A stretch of 64,000 nt of DNA. Source: Clostridia bacterium. Lineage in GTDB: Bacteria > Bacillota > Clostridia > Oscillospirales > Acutalibacteraceae. Under the pieces are notes generated by a model, which made no database searches, was not told the DNA's origin, and saw only the letters and a program-made list of their open reading frames with translations. The stretch spans positions 306-64,305 of the forward strand of contig JAGBHX010000062.1 in NCBI GenBank assembly GCA_017935265.1. The letters run 5' to 3'. The position numbers and the translations under genes were made by a program. This document shows positions 44,689-54,919 of this stretch, in pieces (within the stretch, counting starts at the first letter, position 1; each line of letters begins with the position of its first letter).

Positions 44689-45243
44689 TTATGCCATCAG
44701 AAGGGCAACTATTGTTGAATACATTTTTACGGGGTCCTGCAAAAATTTTTCCTTAACATAATCTGCCTGAGCTGAATCGGCAACAAAAAGTGTAACACTA
44801 AGCAGCTTATCTTCGTTGTCCATAATTGAAACGGTAACATCGTATCCGTCGCCGTGAGGGGTGATTTCAATCTGATTTTCCTGCTGACGGCGGAGAATTG
44901 TCTTCATTTCAATTGCGGTATTGAGCGCAGTTTCCTTCACTGTGTAGGGAAGGTCGTTTTCAAGCTGTGCGGTGTTTGCTTTGCCCAGATCGGTGGGAAA
45001 AAGAATTTCATCGTCATCTGTATATTCAATGCGCACGTTGCCGGTTTTAACCACTTCGGCAAGAGCCTCGTTTGCTTCAAAATAATTGGCAAGACCTTCG
45101 CCTGTCAATATTTCATTGAGCTGGTTTTTTGAAATGCCGTTGTCTATTTTGCAAATAATATAGCACACAAGCAGCTTGATTTCACTTTTGGAACGGAGTC
45201 CACCGGGCTTGATGCCCTGAGTGAATGCATCATAAAGCTCCAT
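44689..45243 (-). CDS. DUF4364-like protein (putative wHTH regulator)
   Basis: 184 aa, N-terminal GGLRSKSEIKLLVCYIICK resembles DUF4364 family members by recollection. Confidence 0.5.
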   Translation of the reverse strand: MELYDAFTQGIKPGGLRSKSEIKLLVCYIICKIDNGISKNQLNEILTGEGLANYFEANEALAEVVKTGNVRIEYTDDDEILFPTDLGKANTAQLENDLPYTVKETALNTAIEMKTILRRQQENQIEITPHGDGYDVTVSIMDNEDKLLSVTLFVADSAQADYVKEKFLQDPVKMYSTIVALLMA

Positions 45244-45264
45244 ATTGTTTCCTGCCTTTTTGAT

Positions 45265-46077
45265 TTATTCGATGGGAATTTCAATGGGGTTTCTCTTCTG
45301 GAAAAGCGTAACGCTGTTAAAGCCGCAACGCTTCGCAATATCCATACCTGTTTCAATGCCTGCTCCGAGATGCTCGGCATAGTGGGCATCTGAGCCGATT
45401 GTAATCATTTTACCGCCCAATTCCTTAAATCTTTTAACAACGTCTTCGTCGGGCATTGTTCTGCCGATTTTCTGGCGAAGACCTGATGTGTTGATTTCAA
45501 GAGCTCTGTCGTTTTCCACAAGGAGTCTGAGTGCTTCGTCAACCTTGGGCTGATACTTCGCCATATCAACGGGGATGCCGTGCTCACCCACAATATAACG
45601 CAGAGGATATGTCACGTGAGCCATTGTGTCAAATTTGCCCCAGGCGGCAAGAGTGCAAAGCTCGTCAAAATATTCGCTCAGAAGCTTATCAATATCATAT
45701 TTTGAATAATCAAGATACCAGAAATCCTCTTCACCGCGGAGGTTGTGAATTGAGCCGATGACGAAGTCATAGTCGCGCTCGCTGATGATTTCCTGCGCTG
45801 TTTCGGTGTCATAAGTAGGCTGACCCAATTCAATGCCGGCGCATACAACAAGCTTGCCGTTGAAAGCTGAACGAGCCTTGGTCACGTCAAAAAAGGACTG
45901 AACTGCTGTTTTATCAAAATTCTTTTCACGGTAAAAGTCAACCTCAATATGGTCGGTGAAAGCGATTGCACGCAAGCCTTTGGCACAGGCATTTTCACAC
46001 ATATACATTGTGGAGTGGTTGCCGTCAAAGGAATTGTCGGTGTGGGTGTGCATATCAATAATATTCTTGTATTTCAT
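45265..46077 (-). CDS. PHP-family histidinol-phosphatase (HisJ/HisK-like)
   Basis: DMHTHTDNSFDG metal-binding N-terminus, FTDH, GSIH, GSDAH motifs. Confidence 0.8.
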   Translation of the reverse strand: MKYKNIIDMHTHTDNSFDGNHSTMYMCENACAKGLRAIAFTDHIEVDFYREKNFDKTAVQSFFDVTKARSAFNGKLVVCAGIELGQPTYDTETAQEIISERDYDFVIGSIHNLRGEEDFWYLDYSKYDIDKLLSEYFDELCTLAAWGKFDTMAHVTYPLRYIVGEHGIPVDMAKYQPKVDEALRLLVENDRALEINTSGLRQKIGRTMPDEDVVKRFKELGGKMITIGSDAHYAEHLGAGIETGMDIAKRCGFNSVTLFQKRNPIEIPIE

Positions 46078-46213
46078 AGCATTACCTTCTTACATAAATA
46101 TCTACACTATATAATAACTCAAAAAAAATAAATTTTCAACACATATATTGCATTTGATGAATGAATTTTTAAAAAAGTAAAATACTAATAAAAAATGATA
46201 GGAGATGAATAAA

Positions 46214-46438
46214 ATGATTGATAAATTATCGTTAATTCTTGTCGTTGTCGGCGCACTCAACTGGGGCAGCATCGGCCTTTTTCAGTTTGACATAGTTGCC
46301 TGGATTTTCGGCGGTCAGGATGCGCTCGTCAGCAGAATTATCTACACCCTTATCGCTCTTGCCGGCGTATGGTGCATTTCGCTTCTTTTCAGAGAGCGTG
46401 AACACGTTGAGCTCGGCATGGAAAACACAGCAGGTTAA
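46214..46438 (+). CDS. DUF378 family small membrane protein
   Basis: Two-TM about 75-aa protein with VVGALNWG..G.F.FD.V motif. Confidence 0.75.
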   Translation: MIDKLSLILVVVGALNWGSIGLFQFDIVAWIFGGQDALVSRIIYTLIALAGVWCISLLFREREHVELGMENTAG

Positions 46439-46489
46439 CAAAATCAAAACCGACGGAAGATGTTCTCCTGTCGGTTTTGCAATACATAT

Positions 46490-47884
46490 TTATCTTCCCG
46501 TTTTCTTTAAAATTTCGGGGTCGGTGGTGTCGGCAACATAGCCGATTTGTTTCCACAGCTTGTCTGCCTTTGATTTCCACTTGTAAAATTCATAGGGAGA
46601 ATCGGGATAAGCATCATAATGCGCTCCGATTTTCATGCTGTTTATAAGGCCCTTTCCGATTTTGCCGATTGTGGCGGGGGAGAGGTCCTTTTTTGCGATT
46701 CCCGACACTACGCCCTTTATTATCTGTGCAATATCCTTTGTGTTCAGCTCAAATCCCGTGTCGACATTGCCGAGAATTTTTTGGCTGAAAATTATGTCAT
46801 TTGCAAACAGATGCTCAGCTTCGTCACAGCCGGGTGAAATGATTCCCATAAGCAAAGGCCGCATAGAGTCAAAGTCTTTGCCCTGAGTTTGCATATAACG
46901 TTTGTTGATGCTCCACATATTGTCACGGGAGAGCTCTTTGCCCTCTTTGAGAAGCTTTGAAATAACATCAACGGCAATTTCACCTTGGACAAGTGACGAG
47001 GTGCAGCCTTCGCCGCAGGTGGGCTTAGTAAGAAATGCTGCATCACCCATTGCAATGAAGCCGTCGTCCACAAAGGAATAAACACTTCTGTGATAAGGTG
47101 TCATACCTTTTTCAATTTTTTCAATTTTGTATTCGGGGAAGGCTACGTTTTTGAGGAATTGAGAATTAAAAACCTCTTGGGCAACATCATAGCCGTAAAA
47201 TGCACCTATGCCGAGAATTGCACCGTTGGGATTTCCCGAGGGCGCAGACCAGGATTTATACTGCAAAAAGAAGCCGTCGAGGGTGCGTGGGTCAATGGTT
47301 TTGTCGAGATATTCCACATAATAAAGCACAACGTAGAGAATATCTTTTTCGGTGAGCTTGTGGTTATCAACAACCGAGGTGTCGGGGAGCTTTGTCCTGG
47401 CCGCGGAAGGGATGCCCGAGCAGTCTGCAACAAGCTTTGCTCTCACTTCTTTTTCGCCGTCGGCGGTTTTATATTTTCCGCCTGCAACCTTGCCGTTTTT
47501 GTCAAAAATCAAATCTGTAAAGCTTGCACCGTAGATGATTTCTGCCCCGGCTTTTATTGCCCTCTGAGCCATAAGCATAATATATTCGTGCTTGTGCAGA
47601 CCGATTGTTTCCGGACCGCCTGAGCTTGCCTTGGGATAATTGCCGTAGGGTGAGCGCATAGGGGAGTCTGCAAAAGAAAATGCTCTGATTGGGTTTTCGG
47701 GCTCAGGAATAATCAGACCGAACTGTTCCATTTCCGGCCGTGACATATGAAAAACATCATACGCGCGAGAAACGTTGACGGGCTCATCCTTTTCAACAAC
47801 AAGCACCCTGAAGCCTTGCGAAGCCATTTTTTCGGCAAACCAACAGCCTGTGGTAGAGGCGCCGACAATCAGAATATCATACAT
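46490..47884 (-). CDS. FAD-dependent oxidoreductase (geranylgeranyl-reductase-like)
   Basis: MYDILIVGASTTGCWFAEKMA dinucleotide-binding motif and GDAA motif; ATG 47884 follows GGAGG. Confidence 0.75.
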   Translation of the reverse strand: MYDILIVGASTTGCWFAEKMASQGFRVLVVEKDEPVNVSRAYDVFHMSRPEMEQFGLIIPEPENPIRAFSFADSPMRSPYGNYPKASSGGPETIGLHKHEYIMLMAQRAIKAGAEIIYGASFTDLIFDKNGKVAGGKYKTADGEKEVRAKLVADCSGIPSAARTKLPDTSVVDNHKLTEKDILYVVLYYVEYLDKTIDPRTLDGFFLQYKSWSAPSGNPNGAILGIGAFYGYDVAQEVFNSQFLKNVAFPEYKIEKIEKGMTPYHRSVYSFVDDGFIAMGDAAFLTKPTCGEGCTSSLVQGEIAVDVISKLLKEGKELSRDNMWSINKRYMQTQGKDFDSMRPLLMGIISPGCDEAEHLFANDIIFSQKILGNVDTGFELNTKDIAQIIKGVVSGIAKKDLSPATIGKIGKGLINSMKIGAHYDAYPDSPYEFYKWKSKADKLWKQIGYVADTTDPEILKKTGR

Positions 47885-48021
47885 AAAAAAACCTCCCTTG
47901 ATTGATATTTTCATTTTAACATTATAGAGTGTTCTTTGCAACAAATTTTATTGAGAATGAACAGAGATTTAGTTGACATAAAAAAACCGATGATATATAA
48001 TTGATTAAAGGAGTTGATTTT

Positions 48022-49155
48022 ATGAGAAATTTGCCACCCCTTAAATTTAAAAACGGAAAGTTTAAAATAATGGTTGTGGGTGACTTGCACGAATCCTACG
48101 ATTCAAAAGGCTCCGAAAATCAGGTGAAATCAGCCGATATGACAAAGCTGCTTGTTCGTGCTGTGGGCGAGCTTAAGCCTGATTTGGTTGTTTTTGCCGG
48201 CGACAACGGCCACGCTGACGACGAAATTAAAATGCGCGCAGTTATAAGCAAAATAACATACCCTGTTTCTGCCAACGACGTTCCGCTTGCAATTGTGTTC
48301 GGCAATCACGACAGGGAGTGTGATGTTCCGCTTGAAAGACAGTTGGAGCTGTATGCTCAGGAATATGAAAACTTTTACACATATGATGCAGTTCCCGAGC
48401 TGACAGGCTGCGGCAACTGCAACGTGCTTGTTAAGGATTCCAAAGGTGAAAAGGATATTCTTAATCTTTGGTTTATGGACAGCAACAATCTTGCGGAAGA
48501 CCAAGAGGTTTCATATTACGACTGGGTGCATGAGGACCAGATCCAGTGGTATAAAGACACTGCAAACAAGCTTAAAGAAGAGAACGGCGGAAAGGTTATT
48601 CCTGCTCTTTGGTTTATGCATATTCCCGTATGTGAGGAATATAAGCTTCTCAGACCGGCAAAGTTTTATGAATTGCCTGATTCCGTAAAGGGCCACCGCG
48701 ACTGGTCAAAGAACAACTATGTTCTGGCTCAGGGGGTTGAGGGCTACCTTGGAGAAGGACCTTGCTGCCCCTGTATCAACAGCGGAGTTTTTGACGCGTG
48801 GAAAGAAACGGGCGACGTTATGGGCGCATTTTTCGGCCACGACCATATGAATGACTTTGCAGGCTATTATGACGGTATTTTGCTTGCTCAGTGCAAAACT
48901 GCAGGCTTCAAGCCATACACCGACGGTTGCCGTTCAGGTGTGAGACTGATTACTCTTGACGAAAATAATATTGATGACATAAACACAAGAATGTATCACT
49001 TCAAGCAGTTCGGCCTCAAGAGTGAAAGCCTCGGCCCCGTGCAGCGCACTTTCTCAGACCGTCAGGTTATGAAGATTAAAGCTGTGTCGTGGATTGCAGG
49101 CGGACTTGCCGCAACAATCACTGCCGCAAAGCTTGCTAAAAAATTAAGGAAATAG
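48022..49155 (+). CDS. Calcineurin-like metallophosphoesterase with C-terminal TM anchor
   Basis: Motifs VVGDLHE, GDNG, GNHD, FFGHDH; C-terminal hydrophobic helix IAGGLAATITAA then KLAKKLRK. Confidence 0.8.
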   Translation: MRNLPPLKFKNGKFKIMVVGDLHESYDSKGSENQVKSADMTKLLVRAVGELKPDLVVFAGDNGHADDEIKMRAVISKITYPVSANDVPLAIVFGNHDRECDVPLERQLELYAQEYENFYTYDAVPELTGCGNCNVLVKDSKGEKDILNLWFMDSNNLAEDQEVSYYDWVHEDQIQWYKDTANKLKEENGGKVIPALWFMHIPVCEEYKLLRPAKFYELPDSVKGHRDWSKNNYVLAQGVEGYLGEGPCCPCINSGVFDAWKETGDVMGAFFGHDHMNDFAGYYDGILLAQCKTAGFKPYTDGCRSGVRLITLDENNIDDINTRMYHFKQFGLKSESLGPVQRTFSDRQVMKIKAVSWIAGGLAATITAAKLAKKLRK

Positions 49156-49159
49156 AAAA

Positions 49160-50827
49160 ATGGAGATTATGATGAAAAAGTTTATTTCAATTATTCTTGC
49201 AATAACGATGGTTCTGGGATGTACCTGTGTTGCTTTTGCAGGAACGAATGTGGACGAAAGCAGAAGTCAGATCCCGGTTATCCGCATTTCGGGTGACGGC
49301 GAAGCGCTGTATGACCCCGACGGCAACAAAATTTTTCACTACAAAGATTTTGCCAAGCTTGTAAAGGGCGATTCCGAAGGAAAAGACAACAGCGAAATGT
49401 ATAAAGCTATGGCTGAAAATCTTCTTCCCACTGTTGTTAAGGGTGCAGTTACCGATAATTGGGATGATATGTATGTTGCCCTTGAAGAGGAGATTTCAAA
49501 AATATTTGCAAACTCCTTGCTTGATGAAAACGGAAATGTTACCAACGGCTCAGGCTTGTCTCAAAAGCGTAAAGATCAGATGGCAAACAAAAGAGCAAAC
49601 GACCAGAAGGGCTCCAAAGGCTATTACTCTTGGGGCGATTATTGGTTCCACTATGACTGGCGACTTGACCCTATGGAAACTGCCGATGATTTCAACTCTT
49701 TTGTTGAAGATATAAAAGCTACAACCGGTTGTGAAAAGGTGGGTATTATGGCAACCTGCCTCGGCACAAACATTGTTATGGCTTATGTTGCAAAATACGG
49801 CGTTGACGACATTCAGGGCATCAGCTTTGACGGCAGCGTTGTTGGCGGAGCAGAAATCCTCAGTGAGGTAATCTGCGCAAAATTTGATGTTGCTCCCACC
49901 GCTGTTGCAAGAGTACTCAGAGACGTTGAAGGCCTCGGAATGTTCAGCATGGATGACTTTATTACGGAAACTATTGATATGCTGGTTCAGACAGGCGTAC
50001 TTGAAGGAATAATCAGCACAACAGAAAACCTTCTTTATGATAAGCTTGTTGCAGGTGTAACTTCTGCTCTTGCTCTTTCAACCTTCTACACCTGGCCTAA
50101 CTATTGGGCTTGCGTAAGTCCTGAGGATTATGAGGATGCAAAGTATTATGTATTCGGCGAAGAGGGCAGCGAAAAGAGAGTAAAGTATGCAGGCCTTATT
50201 GAAAAACTTGACGCTTATGATGTTGCAGTCCGTCAGAGAGTTCCCGAGCTCCTTCACGAGATTAAAGACGGCGGAGCAAACGTTGGTGTTATTTCAAAAT
50301 ACGGCTTCCAGATGATTCCGATTTGCGCAACGTCAGATGCCGTTTCCGACCAGTTCGCATCAGTTAAGAGAACATCATTCGGTGCCACAACATCAACTGT
50401 TTATGATACACTTTCTGATGAATACATAGCTCAGCGCGTTGCAGAAGGTAAGGGCAGATATATCTCACCTGATAAGAAAATTGACGCATCAACCTGCGTT
50501 TTTCCTGATTACACCTGGTTTGTAAAGGGCTCAAGCCATTCTGATTGGACATCATATGAGCTTAAGATTATGCTTGAGGTTGCCACCGCTGACAGACAGC
50601 TTACCATTGACGACCTTCCGTTGACACAGTTCTTTGTTTATTATGATGATGCAGATGTGGCTGAGCCAATGACAGAAGAAAACTGTAACACAGAATTCTG
50701 GACTGCAGACGAAAGCATTGATAAGCCTGCAAATGTATTTGAACAGATGAAGGTTTCGTTTGATGCAATTGTTCGTTGGCTCAAAGCCTTGTTCGTTTTC
50801 ATTTCAGAAAAGATAGCTGAAGGCTGA
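49160..50827 (+). CDS. Secreted LCAT/lipase-like alpha/beta-hydrolase-fold protein
   Basis: Signal peptide (possible lipobox VLGC). YDWRLDP motif followed about 30 aa later by the elbow VGIMATCLG. The real start is probably ATG 49169/49172. Confidence 0.6.
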   Translation: MEIMMKKFISIILAITMVLGCTCVAFAGTNVDESRSQIPVIRISGDGEALYDPDGNKIFHYKDFAKLVKGDSEGKDNSEMYKAMAENLLPTVVKGAVTDNWDDMYVALEEEISKIFANSLLDENGNVTNGSGLSQKRKDQMANKRANDQKGSKGYYSWGDYWFHYDWRLDPMETADDFNSFVEDIKATTGCEKVGIMATCLGTNIVMAYVAKYGVDDIQGISFDGSVVGGAEILSEVICAKFDVAPTAVARVLRDVEGLGMFSMDDFITETIDMLVQTGVLEGIISTTENLLYDKLVAGVTSALALSTFYTWPNYWACVSPEDYEDAKYYVFGEEGSEKRVKYAGLIEKLDAYDVAVRQRVPELLHEIKDGGANVGVISKYGFQMIPICATSDAVSDQFASVKRTSFGATTSTVYDTLSDEYIAQRVAEGKGRYISPDKKIDASTCVFPDYTWFVKGSSHSDWTSYELKIMLEVATADRQLTIDDLPLTQFFVYYDDADVAEPMTEENCNTEFWTADESIDKPANVFEQMKVSFDAIVRWLKALFVFISEKIAEG

Positions 50828-50982
50828 TTAGAGAAATAAAAAGTTAAAAATAAAAGCGACAGAAGTAACAAACGGGCTACTTTTGTCGCTTTTAAAATAT
50901 GTAAATTAAGCATTGCTCAGACAATCTCTCAGTCTTTTGCTTTGCAAAAAGACAGCTCCCTTTACACAAGGGAGCCTTAAAT

Positions 50983-51867
50983 TTATAAATCTTTTGCAAG
51001 GTCTTTGAGGTAAGCTTTGAAATCTTCACCGAGCTCAGGATGTCTGAGCGCAACCTCGCAGTTAGCTTTCATAATGCCGAGCTTGTTGCCCATATCGTAA
51101 CGGATGCCGTCGAAGTCCTGAGCGATAAGGCCCTTTTCTTTTGCAAGGCGGGTGAGTGTATCTGTGAAATAAAGCTCTGTGCCTTCAGGTGTGTTTGCAA
51201 GGTCTTCTTCAAGATAATCGAAAACATCTGCAGGAACTACAACACGGCCGAGAATTGAGTAGCAGGACATAATCTGCTCTTCTGTGGGCTTTTCGATGAT
51301 GTTGTGAACATTCATAAGGTTGCCCTCAAGGTCAGTTACGTCAAGTGAGCAGTATTTTGAAACATCCTTACGGGGAACTTCCTTAACACCTACAACGCCC
51401 TTGCCGTATTTGTCATATGTATCAACAAGCTGCTTTGTAACAGGATAACCCTCATAGTTCATAATTACGTCGTCGCCGTAAAGAATTGCGAAGGGCTCAT
51501 CACCGATGAAGGGCTTTGCTTTGAGAATAGCGTGGCCGAGACCCTTTGTTTCTTTCTGACGGATAAAGAAAACGTTTGCAATGTCAGCGGTTTCTTTAAC
51601 TACGTCGTAAATGTCTTTCTTAGCGGGGTTCTTTGAAAGCTGATCTTCAAGCTCATAGCTGTGGTCGAAGTGGTCTTCAATAACGCCCTTGCCGCGGTTG
51701 GTGATGATAAGAATATCTTCAATACCTGCTGCTGCAGCTTCTTCAACAATGTACTGAATTGCAGGCTTGTCAACGATGTTGAGCATTTCCTTGGGAACTG
51801 ATTTTGATGCAGGAAGAACTCTTGTTCCGAGACCTGCTGCAGGGATTACCGCTTTTTTGATTTTCAT
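50983..51867 (-). CDS. galU: UTP--glucose-1-phosphate uridylyltransferase
   Basis: KAVIPAAGLGTR.LPA.K..PKEML motif; ATG 51867 follows GGAGG. Confidence 0.9.
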   Translation of the reverse strand: MKIKKAVIPAAGLGTRVLPASKSVPKEMLNIVDKPAIQYIVEEAAAAGIEDILIITNRGKGVIEDHFDHSYELEDQLSKNPAKKDIYDVVKETADIANVFFIRQKETKGLGHAILKAKPFIGDEPFAILYGDDVIMNYEGYPVTKQLVDTYDKYGKGVVGVKEVPRKDVSKYCSLDVTDLEGNLMNVHNIIEKPTEEQIMSCYSILGRVVVPADVFDYLEEDLANTPEGTELYFTDTLTRLAKEKGLIAQDFDGIRYDMGNKLGIMKANCEVALRHPELGEDFKAYLKDLAKDL

Positions 51868-51898
51868 AATATTTACCTCCAAGTTTTATAAACTATAA

Positions 51899-52969
51899 TC
51901 AATTAAACCATTCAGCAACCATTGAACCGATATTTATTAAAATAGAAACAAGGTACTGGTTGGCAAAATAAACAATCGCAAACACCAGCGGGGCAACTCC
52001 GCCCTTGCTGATGATGAGGGAGCGCTGCATCTGTGTTTCGTCAGATGCCTCTTTAGCCGCCTCAATGTCTTCTTTCATCTTCTTTTTAACAAGACTGTCG
52101 GCAATCAGTGCCGCAAAAATAGCAGGGATAAGGGTGGTTATCACGAGATAGATGTTCTCGTTTTTTACCATCGCCGTGTAAATTTCCATAAATTCTTGGT
52201 TTGCAATCAACGCTTTGCTTATAGCGAGAGAATCAACACTCTTTGCTAAATACCGTCCCACAGCACTTACCGTGAAATAAATGCTCATAGCCATGACTCT
52301 CTGTGTAAAACTTCCCGAAAAAGTTTCCGGTGTTAACTTTTCATTTGAAGTTGGAGAATCGGCTTCTTCGGAAACGTACTGTTCTATAACAGTATATACC
52401 TCCTGGGTTTGAATATCAATCTTTTCAAGGAAAGAATATGAAAAAAGATTGAGTGAAACTACAAGTGCCAAGAAAATTGCGCCGAATTTGTAAAGTCTTC
52501 TGTAAAAGAACCAGGCAGGAGCAAAAACAAATGCGCCCCAGTTCCAGCTGAGCTTTCTGCCCTTGCGAAAGCGTCTGATATATCGGTGAGCACCGGACTG
52601 GAGATAGTAACCTGCATCGGTTACATTGATTCCGTCAAATTCTTCATCCTTGTGGGCAAGCTGGTCTTTTAAAAAAATTGCTTCAAGATTCTGTGCCTCC
52701 TGCGCCAATTGGTCAAAGGCAGGCATTTTGCCCATTACGGGAACAGTGTTTGGCCTAGTTTCCTCTGCTTTGGGCTGCTCCTGCGTTTCGGCAGGTTGGC
52801 TTTTTTGCCACACAAAGCCGTCAGCGTGAAGTGAACTGTTAACGCATTCGCCGTTTGCAATCCAGCAGGAGCGATGCTGAGGCGTTCCGCAGACGGGGCA
52901 GACAACTATATCGTCGTCTTCTTTTATAGGCTGATTACAGCCGTTGCATATTTCATTTTTATAGTCCAT
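51899..52969 (-). CDS. Membrane protein with N-terminal cross-brace-like zinc finger and DUF2628-like region
   Basis: CNGC-x13-CPVC-x4-H-x2-C-x6-C at the N-terminus; WNWGAFVFAPAWFFYRRLYK typical of DUF2628; several TM helices. Confidence 0.6.
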   Translation of the reverse strand: MDYKNEICNGCNQPIKEDDDIVVCPVCGTPQHRSCWIANGECVNSSLHADGFVWQKSQPAETQEQPKAEETRPNTVPVMGKMPAFDQLAQEAQNLEAIFLKDQLAHKDEEFDGINVTDAGYYLQSGAHRYIRRFRKGRKLSWNWGAFVFAPAWFFYRRLYKFGAIFLALVVSLNLFSYSFLEKIDIQTQEVYTVIEQYVSEEADSPTSNEKLTPETFSGSFTQRVMAMSIYFTVSAVGRYLAKSVDSLAISKALIANQEFMEIYTAMVKNENIYLVITTLIPAIFAALIADSLVKKKMKEDIEAAKEASDETQMQRSLIISKGGVAPLVFAIVYFANQYLVSILINIGSMVAEWFN

Positions 52970-53138
52970 TGCAAAATCTCCAAGTGTATTTATAATACCA
53001 AAATATATTATATCACAGAAATTGTAAAAATTATAGACAAAATTTTAACTTTTTTCAATCATTGTGTTAAAAGTTTCTTTACTTTGCAATAATTTTCTTG
53101 TATAATTTAATATTATAAACCATAGTGAGGTCGTATGT

Positions 53139-54257
53139 ATGTTACAGTTTGAAGAATTAAGACTTAAATTGTTAGGTTATGAAGATAAATTAAAGGAGCT
53201 CAGAGAAGCTCTCGGTCTTGATGAAATGAAAGCAGAGCAGGAAAAGCTTGAGGAGCTTACTGCTCAGGAGGATTTCTGGGGAGACCTGGCAAACTCGCAG
53301 AAGGTGCTTCAGAGAATTGCCACCCTCAAAGGCAAAATCAAGGCTTATGAGGATTTGGCCGCAGCTTATGAAGACAGCCTTACAATGATTGAGCTTTCAA
53401 ATGAAGAAGAAGACGAAAGTATGGTTGAGGAATGTGCCGCAAGCGTTGACGCTTTTGTTGAAGAGCTTGACAAGCAGACACTCAGCACCTTGCTTTCGGG
53501 AGAATATGATTCTAAAAATGCTATTCTCACGTTCCACGCAGGCGCAGGCGGAACAGAAGCTCAGGACTGGGCGCAGATGCTTGTGAGAATGTATTCCCAC
53601 TGGGGCGAAAAGCACGGCTTTAAGGTTAGTATGCTTGACTTCCTTGACGGCGACGAAGCAGGCCTTAAGTCTGCCACACTTCTCATTGCAGGCGAAAATG
53701 CCTACGGCTATATGAAGGGTGAGTCCGGTGTTCACCGCCTTGTTCGTGTTTCTCCCTTTGACTCATCGGGAAGAAGACACACCTCTTTCTCCTCATTGGA
53801 GGTTATGCCCGAAATCGACGAAACAATCGAGGTTGAAATCAGCCCCGATGACCTTAAAATTGACGCTTACCGTGCAAGCGGTGCAGGCGGACAGAAGGTT
53901 AACAAAACATCTTCCGCTATCCGTATTACCCACATTCCCACAGGTATTGTTGTTGCCTGCCAGGTTGAACGCAGTCAGCATCAGAACCGTGAGGTTGCAA
54001 TGAGAATGCTCAAATCAAAGCTCATTGAAATTAAAGAAAGAGAGCATCTTGACAAAATTGAAGACATCAAGGGTGACCAGAAAGAAATCGGTTGGGGCAG
54101 TCAGATCCGTTCCTACGTGTTTATGCCCTACACCCTTGTTAAGGACCACCGCACAAACTTTGAAGCAGGTAACATCAACGCGGTTATGGACGGTGACATT
54201 GACGGCTTCATCAACGCTTACCTTAAAATGGAATCGTTAAAGGAGCTTAATTCATAA
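53139..54257 (+). CDS. prfB: Peptide chain release factor 2 (contiguous, no programmed frameshift)
   Basis: SPF tripeptide (VSPFDS), GGQ motif (SGAGGQKVNK), full-length N-terminus in a single frame. Confidence 0.9.
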   Translation: MLQFEELRLKLLGYEDKLKELREALGLDEMKAEQEKLEELTAQEDFWGDLANSQKVLQRIATLKGKIKAYEDLAAAYEDSLTMIELSNEEEDESMVEECAASVDAFVEELDKQTLSTLLSGEYDSKNAILTFHAGAGGTEAQDWAQMLVRMYSHWGEKHGFKVSMLDFLDGDEAGLKSATLLIAGENAYGYMKGESGVHRLVRVSPFDSSGRRHTSFSSLEVMPEIDETIEVEISPDDLKIDAYRASGAGGQKVNKTSSAIRITHIPTGIVVACQVERSQHQNREVAMRMLKSKLIEIKEREHLDKIEDIKGDQKEIGWGSQIRSYVFMPYTLVKDHRTNFEAGNINAVMDGDIDGFINAYLKMESLKELNS

Positions 54258-54271
54258 CGGAGGGTTTATGA

Positions 54272-54874
54272 ATGAATATTATTGATATTTCAAGAACCTT
54301 GCTCAAAACTATTGAGTATCCCGGCGACCCCAAAACCCGTCACGAGCAGGTGCGCACCATCGAAAACGGCGGATGCAACCTTTCAGCGGTTTACTCCTGT
54401 GTGCACACAGGCACCCATGCCGATGCACCGTGCCATTTTATTGACGGCGGTGAAACCATTGAAGAAGCCGATTTAAATAAATTTATCGGCCCGTGTACGG
54501 TTATCGAGGTTCCTCAGGGCGTTATTTCGGGTGAATATGTCAACAGATATTTCCCCAAGGATTGCGAGCGCTTGCTTATTAAAGGCAACGGCCTGTGCCA
54601 TTTTATGGACAGTGCGGCTTATGAAGCAGTTGAGCTGGGAATTAAGCTCATCGGCACAGATGCCGACTCCGTGGGCAGGGCAGGAGACCAGACAGAGCCT
54701 CACCGAGCATTTTTGAGAAACGGTGTTGCCATTCTGGAGGGTCTTGATTTGAGAAAGGTTGCCCCGGGCAATTATTTCCTTATGGCGGCTCCCGTTAAAA
54801 TGGGTGAGATTGACGGCGCACCTGTCAGAGCTGTGCTTGTGGACGATTATATTTTGTGGAACAACGTAAAATGA
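54272..54874 (+). CDS. Cyclase family protein (kynurenine-formamidase-like)
   Basis: HTGTHADAPCHF metal-binding motif, about 200 aa. Confidence 0.75.
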   Translation: MNIIDISRTLLKTIEYPGDPKTRHEQVRTIENGGCNLSAVYSCVHTGTHADAPCHFIDGGETIEEADLNKFIGPCTVIEVPQGVISGEYVNRYFPKDCERLLIKGNGLCHFMDSAAYEAVELGIKLIGTDADSVGRAGDQTEPHRAFLRNGVAILEGLDLRKVAPGNYFLMAAPVKMGEIDGAPVRAVLVDDYILWNNVK

Positions 54875-54919
54875 TTTAAAGTCGGCAATTATTGCTGACT
54901 CACAGAAAAGAGTGGTTGA

